DNA of 64,000 nt from the NCBI GenBank assembly GCA_050248855.1, contig JBFWRP010000019.1:1-64000 (forward strand), written 5' to 3'. The number at the start of each line of letters is the position of its first letter. Within the stretch, counting starts at the first letter, position 1. The notes beneath the pieces are model-generated. The model was not told where the DNA came from and searched no databases. It worked only from the letters and a program-made list of their open reading frames with translations. Shown piece by piece: positions 56,849 through 64,000 of the stretch. This stretch comes from Planctomycetota bacterium (GTDB lineage Bacteria > Planctomycetota > PLA2 > JAEUHO01). A program made the position numbers and the translations under genes.

Positions 56849-57745
56849 CTACTCCCGCCGGCTTGGGACGACCTTGTGTTGGACGCCCACCCGCTGGCCC
56901 ATGCGCACGACCTGTCCGGCGGGGAGCGCGTCGAGCTCACCGGCTTCGGGCGCCAGCACCACGATCACCGTGGAGCCCAGCTCGAAGAGGCCCAGCTCCG
57001 TGCCCCGCTCGGCCGTGAGGTGTTGCACGGGCGAGTGGTCCAGCGCCAGACCGAGCAGATCGTCGTGTGCGGCCACGTTGGTCTCGATGTCCTGGAACGC
57101 CAGTCGGATCGAGCCCACGTCCAAGGCACCGACGGCCACGAACGCGTAGCGCCCGCCGAGACCGTCGCGGCCCAGTCGCCCGGCCACGACCACGCGCTCG
57201 TTGACGGCGAAGAGCCTCTGCACCGCGGCGACGGCCTTGGCATTGACGGGCCAGAGCTCGCCCGTGACGTGGTGAACGCTCTCGATGGTCGCGTCAAAGG
57301 GCCAGTGGAAGCGGTGGTAGTCGCCCGGCGCCAGGTACACGACGTGGTACGTGCCGCCCTCGAAGGCGCGCCCCACACCCGGGTCGGCCAGCAGCTCGTC
57401 GAGGCGATACGGCATGCCCTTGGCTTGGATCAACGTGCCCGCTTCGATGCGCCCGCCCTGCGCGATCCTTCCGTCAGCGGGCGAGACGATGGCGGACGGG
57501 TCCTCGGGGAGCTGGCGCGCACCCTCCACCAACGTGCGCGTGAAGAAGTCCACGAAGCTCGCGTAGTCGCGCAAGGGGCGCGCCATCTCCTCGCGGCGCA
57601 CGCCGTAGAAGCGCGCGTACATCGCGAGCAGGGGGCGCAACAGCCAGCGTGGAAGCTCCACGCGTGCTGCGCGGCCCACGAGGCGCGAGAGGCGTCGCTT
57701 GGGGAGTCGCTGGAGCCACTTCGGGATCGCTGCCGACGCGCTCAC
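56849..57745 (-). CDS. psd: Phosphatidylserine decarboxylase proenzyme
   Basis: FFTR, SPADG, YLAPGDYHRFH, NER, FELGST. Confidence 0.93.
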   Translation of the reverse strand: MSASAAIPKWLQRLPKRRLSRLVGRAARVELPRWLLRPLLAMYARFYGVRREEMARPLRDYASFVDFFTRTLVEGARQLPEDPSAIVSPADGRIAQGGRIEAGTLIQAKGMPYRLDELLADPGVGRAFEGGTYHVVYLAPGDYHRFHWPFDATIESVHHVTGELWPVNAKAVAAVQRLFAVNERVVVAGRLGRDGLGGRYAFVAVGALDVGSIRLAFQDIETNVAAHDDLLGLALDHSPVQHLTAERGTELGLFELGSTVIVVLAPEAGELDALPAGQVVRMGQRVGVQHKVVPSRRE

Positions 57746-58587
57746 CGGCGCTTCTCCTGCAGTCGCTCCCAGGTCGTGTACCTCACGTCGATCGTGCCGT
57801 CGCCTTCACCCAGGGCGATGTGCGGCTTGTAGCGGCCGTGGAAGTCGCTGCCTCCGGTGGGAACCAGGTCCAGCGCCGCGGAGATGTCGCGGTACATGAC
57901 GCGATGCGTGACGTCGTGGCTCGGATGGTCGACCTCGATGCCGACGAGCCCCAGATCCCGCCACCGCGTGAACACGCGCCGCTGCCGCGCATGCGAGCCC
58001 AGCTTCATCTGCCGGGGATGCGCGATGACCGCCATGCCGCGGGCCCCGGCCACGATCTCGATCGCCTTCTCGGGCGTGGGTGCTTCCACGGGGACGTAGG
58101 CCGGTCCTCCGTCGCGTAGGTAGCGCTCGAAGGCCTCCCGGAGGTCCTCGACATGCCCGCGCGCCACCAGGGCCATGGCGATGTGCGGGCGCGCGACCAG
58201 CGGGCTGGAGGCCGCTTGCTCGACGTCGTCCTGCGTCACGCCGACCCCCAGACGGTCCAAGCGCGCGAGGATCGCGTCGTTGCGCGCGTCGCGCGCCGTG
58301 CGGATCCCCGTGAGGAGGTCCTGCACGTCCGTGTTGCCCGCATCGACGTCGTAGGCCAGCACGTGGACCGTGCCCGTGGGGAGCCGTGTCGAGATCTCGC
58401 AGCCCGGAATCCACTCGACGCCCACGGCGGCCGCGGCCCGCCGGGACTCGCTCCAGCCCGAGAGCGTGTCGTGGTCGGTGACGGCCAGCGCGCGGAGCCC
58501 GACGTCGCGGGCGTGCCCGAAGAGCTCCGTCGGCGTCATGGAGCCGTCGGAGCACGTCGTGTGCGCGTGGAGGTCGATGCGATCCAT
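57742..58587 (-). CDS. PHP domain metal-dependent phosphoesterase (TrpH/YciV-like)
   Basis: DLHAHTTCSDG, TDHDT, GCEIS, AHP, GGSDFHG. Confidence 0.92.
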   Translation of the reverse strand: MDRIDLHAHTTCSDGSMTPTELFGHARDVGLRALAVTDHDTLSGWSESRRAAAAVGVEWIPGCEISTRLPTGTVHVLAYDVDAGNTDVQDLLTGIRTARDARNDAILARLDRLGVGVTQDDVEQAASSPLVARPHIAMALVARGHVEDLREAFERYLRDGGPAYVPVEAPTPEKAIEIVAGARGMAVIAHPRQMKLGSHARQRRVFTRWRDLGLVGIEVDHPSHDVTHRVMYRDISAALDLVPTGGSDFHGRYKPHIALGEGDGTIDVRYTTWERLQEKRR

Positions 58588-59741
58588 CAGAGGAAGCCGC
58601 CTGCGGCGCGACCCTCTTGCCACGCGTCATCCGAGCCGTCGGCCGCGGCGAACGAGATGCCCATGGCGCGCGCCGACCGCACCAGCTGGCCCTGGGGGTC
58701 GATCGACTTGATCTTGCGCACGGCGCGTGCCAGGTCGACGTCCTGGATCTCCGTTCCGCGGAGCGCCACCATGCGGCCGGTCTTGCCCGCCGCGATCATC
58801 TCGACGGCGTGTGCGCCCATGCGGCTGGCGAGCACGCGATCGTAGGGAGACGGCGAGCCCCCGCGCTGCACGTGGCCGAGAACCACGGGCCTGACCTCGA
58901 GGTCGGAGAGGGCCTCGAGCTCGTCCGCGATGCGCCACGCCACGCCGCCGAGCCGTCGCTGGACCACGTCTTTCGGGTCGCCCTCGCGCCAGACGAGGTC
59001 GCCATCGGGGCGGGCCGCGCCCTCGGCCACGACGACGATCGAGAAGCGACGACCGCTCCCGGCCCGCACGGCGACATGGTCGGCGATGCGCTGGGGGTCG
59101 TAGGGGATCTCGGGGATCAAGATCACTTCGGCCCCGCCGGCCATGCCGCCGTGCAGCGCGATCCACCCCGTGTGCCGTCCCATCACCTCGACCAGCATCA
59201 CGCGGTGGTGGCTCTCGGCCGTGGTGTAGAGGCGATCGATGGCTCCCGTGACCACGCCGACCGCGGTATCGAAGCCGAAGGTCCGATCGGTCTCCGCCAG
59301 GTCGTTGTCGATCGTCTTGGGGACGCCGACCACGGGGATGCCCTGGCGCGAGAGCTTCAAGGCCATCGTCTGCGTGCCGTCGCCGCCTACGGTGATCAGC
59401 GCGTCGATCTTCTTGCTCGCCAGGACCTGGCCGACCTTGGCGCTCTTGTCGTGCTCGCGCCCCTTGCCGTCCCGCACGCGGAAGATGTCCAGCCGGTTGC
59501 TGGCGCCAAGGATCGTGCCGCCGCGCGGCAGGATCCCGGCGATGTCCTCGCGGCCCAGCGGGATCAGCCCGCGGCCGCCCGGCACCAGGAAGCCCTCGAC
59601 GCCGTCCCGGACGCCGAACACCTCCCACCCGTGGACGTTGACGGCGGACTTCACGACGGCGCGGATCACGGCGTTGAGGCCGGGGCAGTCGCCGCCGCCC
59701 GTCAGGATCGCGATGCGGCGCGGGCGCGGCTTGGCGCTCAT
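58587..59741 (-). CDS. pfkA: 6-phosphofructokinase (PfkA family)
   Basis: LTGGGDCPGLNAVIR, GGDGT, PKTIDND, EVMGR, LGHVQRGG. Confidence 0.95.
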   Translation of the reverse strand: MSAKPRPRRIAILTGGGDCPGLNAVIRAVVKSAVNVHGWEVFGVRDGVEGFLVPGGRGLIPLGREDIAGILPRGGTILGASNRLDIFRVRDGKGREHDKSAKVGQVLASKKIDALITVGGDGTQTMALKLSRQGIPVVGVPKTIDNDLAETDRTFGFDTAVGVVTGAIDRLYTTAESHHRVMLVEVMGRHTGWIALHGGMAGGAEVILIPEIPYDPQRIADHVAVRAGSGRRFSIVVVAEGAARPDGDLVWREGDPKDVVQRRLGGVAWRIADELEALSDLEVRPVVLGHVQRGGSPSPYDRVLASRMGAHAVEMIAAGKTGRMVALRGTEIQDVDLARAVRKIKSIDPQGQLVRSARAMGISFAAADGSDDAWQEGRAAGGFL

Positions 59742-61438
59742 CGGGGGGTGTCTCCTCGGCGGTCGAAGAAGGCCAGACGCACGCCCCAGGATCGGTCGAA
59801 CCATACGGGGCCCGCCACCCGGAACCGGGATCCGGGACCGATCTCCCAGCGTCGGGCCAGCTCGGCGCGAACGAAGCGAAACACCTCGTCGGGATCCTTC
59901 GTCTCCTCGTGCGCCAGGACGAGCACGATGCGCCGCGACGCCGCGATCTCGTCGGCCTGCCCGTCGAGGGCGGCCTTCCAGGAGGTGGGATCGTCGCCCC
60001 CCGCCATCTCGACGGCCGGCAAACGACCGCGGTCGTACGGCTCCCAGGCCAGCCGCGTGTACCAGGGGTACAGCAGCACGAGATCGCCCCTCGCCGGGTC
60101 CGTGTAGCGCGCGGCGTAGCGAACCGCCTCGCGCCACGGCTCCTTGCCGTACGGGTGCCCGTGGTGGAGGAAGGCGAGTGCGTCGTCGGGATCCGTCCCG
60201 AACACGGCCGGCACGACGTCGCCGTCGAGCGTGCCCGCGGTGCCACGCGCGGCCAGGGCCAGCGGGGCCCCGTGGTAGGCCACGTTGCCGGCGGCCAGCA
60301 GGAGGATCAGGGCGCCGGCGAGCGCCGGCCGCCAGCGCGGCCCGGCCTCGCGCACGCCGAGCAGGGCCACGAGCAGCACGAAGGGCCCGAGGAACACGAG
60401 GTAGCGCTCGTGCACGAGGTGGAAGCCCGCCGCATGCGCGGCCAACGAGCAGGCGACGGGCACGAGGAGGTTGGCGGCCACGAGGGAGGCGGCGCCCGCG
60501 CGACGCAGGAGGGCGCGCACGCCGAACACGAGGCACGGGATCCACAGGAGCAATGTGAGCAGGATCCAGGGCGCCTCGTCCTGGAACACGGCCGCCGGGC
60601 CCGCTTGTTGCCTCGCCCGGTCGATCACGACCAAGCCGGGACCAACGCCGATGCGCCAGAGCACGTAGCCCAGGCGCGTGAACGGGTCGTGCGGGTCGCC
60701 GGTCGAGATGCTCTGGTAGTGGGTGGCGAGGTAGAGGAACCACGGCACGAACAAGAGACCGGCGCCGATCGTGGCCAGCACGATGGGGCGCGCGCGGAAG
60801 GGGGATCCCGAGCCTCGTGCGCGCCAGGCCAGCCACAGGGCGTGCACGGGATGGGCCAGCACGGGCCAGAGCGCGAAGTACTGCGTGTGCAGCGCCAGGG
60901 CCGCCAGCAGCGCGTAGCCCACGAGCCAGCGCCGCCGCCCGTCGTCGAGCCAGCGCAGATACAGCAGCGTGAGGCCCAGCGACTCGGCGACCAGCAGCGA
61001 GTACATGCGCGCTTCTTGCGCGTACTCGGTGAGGTAGGGCGAGACGGCCACGAGGCCCGCGAACAAGAGGGCCGTCGTGCGCGAGGACGGCACGCCCTCG
61101 GGCGCGGGGCCGAAGCCTCCGCGGCGTGGCTGGTGCTCGGGGACCAGGAGCCGCCGCCCCAGGCACCAGGCCAGCCACACGGTGAAGACGCCAAGAATCG
61201 CCGCGGGCCAGCGCAGATCCGCCGTTCCCGCGCCGAACATCCCGGCCCATGCGCGCGAGACCAACCACCAGACGGGGGGGTGGTTGGCCTCGGCGAAGAG
61301 GGTGTCCTTCCACGTCGGAAGGTGCACCCACGACCACGTGGCCCCCTCATCAAGCCAGAACGAATGGGCCCCGAGCGCCACGCAGCGCAGCAGCGTCGCG
61401 GCAACCAGGGCGTGCACCAGCAGGCGCGGGAGCGGCAT
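59738..61438 (-). CDS. GT-C (PMT/GT39-like) membrane glycosyltransferase
   Basis: SFWLDE, NHPPVW, LRWP, AQEARMYSL, HTQYF, HERYL; many TMs. Confidence 0.82.
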   Translation of the reverse strand: MPLPRLLVHALVAATLLRCVALGAHSFWLDEGATWSWVHLPTWKDTLFAEANHPPVWWLVSRAWAGMFGAGTADLRWPAAILGVFTVWLAWCLGRRLLVPEHQPRRGGFGPAPEGVPSSRTTALLFAGLVAVSPYLTEYAQEARMYSLLVAESLGLTLLYLRWLDDGRRRWLVGYALLAALALHTQYFALWPVLAHPVHALWLAWRARGSGSPFRARPIVLATIGAGLLFVPWFLYLATHYQSISTGDPHDPFTRLGYVLWRIGVGPGLVVIDRARQQAGPAAVFQDEAPWILLTLLLWIPCLVFGVRALLRRAGAASLVAANLLVPVACSLAAHAAGFHLVHERYLVFLGPFVLLVALLGVREAGPRWRPALAGALILLLAAGNVAYHGAPLALAARGTAGTLDGDVVPAVFGTDPDDALAFLHHGHPYGKEPWREAVRYAARYTDPARGDLVLLYPWYTRLAWEPYDRGRLPAVEMAGGDDPTSWKAALDGQADEIAASRRIVLVLAHEETKDPDEVFRFVRAELARRWEIGPGSRFRVAGPVWFDRSWGVRLAFFDRRGDTPR

Positions 61439-61537
61439 CGGCGAATGGAACCACTCCCCAGTGGCCGGGTCCATGATCCTCCGGGGGCGACGTACGTTCC
61501 TGCCAGCAGCCCCCCGCCCTTGCCCGAGGAGTCCGCC

Positions 61538-64000
61538 ATGTCGAACGCTCGCCGCTCCCTCCGTCCCTGGATCGTGGGGCTCTTGGCACTCCTCGCGCTG
61601 ACGGCGCGCTCGGACGCCGATCCGACCGCGGGTCGCGATGCGGCCCTGCTGGAGGCCGCCTCGCCCCTGGTCGAGGGCGATCCGGTCGCCGCGGCCGAGC
61701 GGCTGCGTCGCTTCCGCGAGGCACACGCCGGCACGCCCGAGGCTCGCGAAGCGTGGGTCCTGGAAGCGCGCGCCTGGTCGGTCGCCGCTCGTCCGGGGGA
61801 TGCGCTCGAAGTGGCGATCGCGTTCGTGCGTGCCCACCCCGAGGACGCGTGGGCCGGCCGCGCCCGGCACGTCGCCGCAGAGGCCTACGAGGCCCTGGGT
61901 CGGCCGGGCGAGGCGACGCCGCTGCTCGCGGTCATGGCGGAGGCGACGACTGCGCCCGCGGCGCTCGACGCGTTCGCCCGCAAGCTCGTGGAGGAGGCGC
62001 GCCGCGACATCGAGGGCGTCGAGATCACCGACGACCTCGGTCGCCCCACGCGCGCCAAGGACCTCCCCCGAGCGGCATCGGCCTTGGATCGCGCGCTCGC
62101 GCTGGCCGTCGAGGATGCGCTGCGTCGCGAGGCCCTCGCATGGCGCGTCCGCGGTGCGGAAGAGCAAGGCGACCATCGCGCCGTCATCGAGGCAGCGACG
62201 CGACTGCTCGAGCTCGAGAAGGAGAGCGCGCTCGCATTCGCGGCACGCGGTCGTGCTCGCTTGGCCACGCAGGACACGGCCGGTGCGCGCGCGGACCTGC
62301 TTGGCGCCCTGCCGCTCGTGGCCGCGGGCGACGACGCGGAGGCCCACCGGCGCGTGGTCGAGTCCCTGGCGGCCGAGCGGTTCCTCGCCGCGAGCCGCGG
62401 CGACGAGGCGGCGCTCGAAGAGGCCGTGGACCGGCTTCGCGCGCTGATCGCCGCGCGTCCCGCCGTTGCGCCGGCGGCCCGGCTGTTCCTCGCGGGAGCC
62501 CTGCACGGCGTCGGGCGCATGGAAGAAGCCGCCGCCGAGCATCGCGCGTTCGTGGACCGCTTCCCCAACCACGCGGACGTGCCGCGTGCCCGCGAGATGG
62601 CCATCGACGAGCTGGCCGCGGCCGGGCGGTTCGAGGACGCGCTCCGCGACATCGAGCGCTTCCTCGCTGCCCATCCGGACGACCCGCGCTGGACGACGCT
62701 GCGCGACCGCCGGCCGGAGCTCGGCTGGCAGCTGGCCGCGAGCCGGCTCGACGAGGGCCAGCGCGACGGCGCCATCCAGGCGTGGCGCGACTTCGTCCAG
62801 CAGTGGCCCACGGACGGCCGGGCCCCGGATGCCTTGCTCGCCATCGCGGCGGTCCACGTGGATGGCGAGAACCTCGAGGCCGCCTTGGCCACGTGGCGCG
62901 AGGTCATGGGCCGCTACGGCAAGACGCGGCAGGCGCCCGTGGCGGCGCTGCTCCGTGCCGATGCGTTGGAGAGCGCGGATCGGCTGGACGAGGCCATCGA
63001 GGCCTACGAGCACGTCACCACGACCTGGCCCCATGCGGCGCAGGCGGGCGAGGCTGCGCGACGGCTGCAGCGCCTACGCGCACCGGAGCTGCGCATCAGC
63101 CAGCCGCACGTCGGCCCGGTGGGCCAAGCTCCGGAGCTGGCCGTCGTGACGCGCAACATCGAGGCGCTCGACGTCCGGGTGCATGCCCTCGACCTCGAGG
63201 CCTGGTTCCGCGAGAAGGGCACGATCCTGGGCGTCGAGTCGCTGGCGCTGGAGATCGTCAAGCCGGACCTGACGGCCACGTGGAAGACGGCCTCGTACGC
63301 CCCCTTCCGCCGCTTCGAAACGAAGCAGACCGTGTCGACCTCCAAGGCCGGGGCCTACGTCGTGGTCGCCGGCGACACGCAGCTGACCGCGACCAGCCTC
63401 GTTCTCGTGAGCGACATCGAGTGCGTGGTCAAGAAGGGCGAGCGGGGCAGCCTCCTCGTGTGGGTGTTCGAGCGTGAGGGGCAGCGGCCCGTGGCCGGCG
63501 CCCGCGTGCTGGTGAACGACGCCAAGGGCGTGCGCGAGCTGGGCACGACCGGCGACGAGGGCATCTGGCAGGGTCGGTCCGACGGGGCGGCCAAGCACGT
63601 GTTCGTGAGCGCCGGTGAGCGAGGCGTGGCCAGCACGGAGCTGGCCGACGCCGCGTGGTCCTCCGAGGGCCTGGCCACCAAGGCGTACCTGCACACGGAC
63701 CGCCCGGTCTACCGCCCGGGCGACGAGATCTCGTGGCGCGCCGTGTTCCTCCAGGTGCGCGACGGCCAGCTGACGCTTCCCGGCGTGACCAAGGGCTTGA
63801 TCGAAGTCCTGGACGCCCGCAACAACGTGCTGTCCCGCGACGACGTGGAGTCGTCGGCCAGCGGGACGTTCGACGGGAAGTTCGCGCTGGATGCCTTGGC
63901 CTCGATCGGGACGTGGACGCTGCGCCTCACGGTGCCGCGCCAGGGCACGTGGACGGGCGGCTTCGAGGTCGAGGCCTACCGCAAGCCCGAGCTGTTGATC
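61538..64000 (+). CDS. TPR-containing alpha-2-macroglobulin family protein (5' part; runs off the window)
   Basis: GAGGAG RBS, ATG 61538, signal peptide, TPR-like helices, then in-frame AYLHTDRPVYRPGD and FEVEAYRKPE (MG2 domain). Absent from the ORF track because there is no stop in the window. Confidence 0.85.
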   Translation, partial: MSNARRSLRPWIVGLLALLALTARSDADPTAGRDAALLEAASPLVEGDPVAAAERLRRFREAHAGTPEAREAWVLEARAWSVAARPGDALEVAIAFVRAHPEDAWAGRARHVAAEAYEALGRPGEATPLLAVMAEATTAPAALDAFARKLVEEARRDIEGVEITDDLGRPTRAKDLPRAASALDRALALAVEDALRREALAWRVRGAEEQGDHRAVIEAATRLLELEKESALAFAARGRARLATQDTAGARADLLGALPLVAAGDDAEAHRRVVESLAAERFLAASRGDEAALEEAVDRLRALIAARPAVAPAARLFLAGALHGVGRMEEAAAEHRAFVDRFPNHADVPRAREMAIDELAAAGRFEDALRDIERFLAAHPDDPRWTTLRDRRPELGWQLAASRLDEGQRDGAIQAWRDFVQQWPTDGRAPDALLAIAAVHVDGENLEAALATWREVMGRYGKTRQAPVAALLRADALESADRLDEAIEAYEHVTTTWPHAAQAGEAARRLQRLRAPELRISQPHVGPVGQAPELAVVTRNIEALDVRVHALDLEAWFREKGTILGVESLALEIVKPDLTATWKTASYAPFRRFETKQTVSTSKAGAYVVVAGDTQLTATSLVLVSDIECVVKKGERGSLLVWVFEREGQRPVAGARVLVNDAKGVRELGTTGDEGIWQGRSDGAAKHVFVSAGERGVASTELADAAWSSEGLATKAYLHTDRPVYRPGDEISWRAVFLQVRDGQLTLPGVTKGLIEVLDARNNVLSRDDVESSASGTFDGKFALDALASIGTWTLRLTVPRQGTWTGGFEVEAYRKPELLI

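Overview
High-GC bacterial chromosomal window; the gene content (kdsC/Lpt-like genes, many Gly-linker lipoproteins, HtrA/TPR/ECF genes, TPR-alpha-2-macroglobulin) is compatible with a Planctomycetota-like diderm, which is an inference only. Most of it is housekeeping and envelope genes (tatB-like, kdsC, scpA-fmt fusion, carB, aceE, purB, thiD, gltX, psd, pfkA, pilM-like, two GT-C glycosyltransferases). I saw no rRNA, tRNA, CRISPR array, transposase, integrase or reverse transcriptase. The stand-out locus is ~8.4-18.2 kb: an atypical sigma-54 activator, a small secreted Cys-pair protein and a 1821-aa kinase-like/degenerate STAND/TPR/GAF/His-kinase/REC protein. Its central ~6 kb has a different composition, its borders fall inside the two large genes, and it is flanked by mirror-image C/G skews. 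Other points of interest: a ~1050-aa multi-OstA/LptC-like protein after kdsC, a candidate sigma-54-driven gene with a structured 3' RNA carrying an anti-SD-like loop, two copies of a covarying REP-like hairpin, a CDF transporter reading in-frame into a lipoprotein gene, and a 4xCHRD-4xIg lipoprotein. All calls come from manual motif reading; no database search was run.
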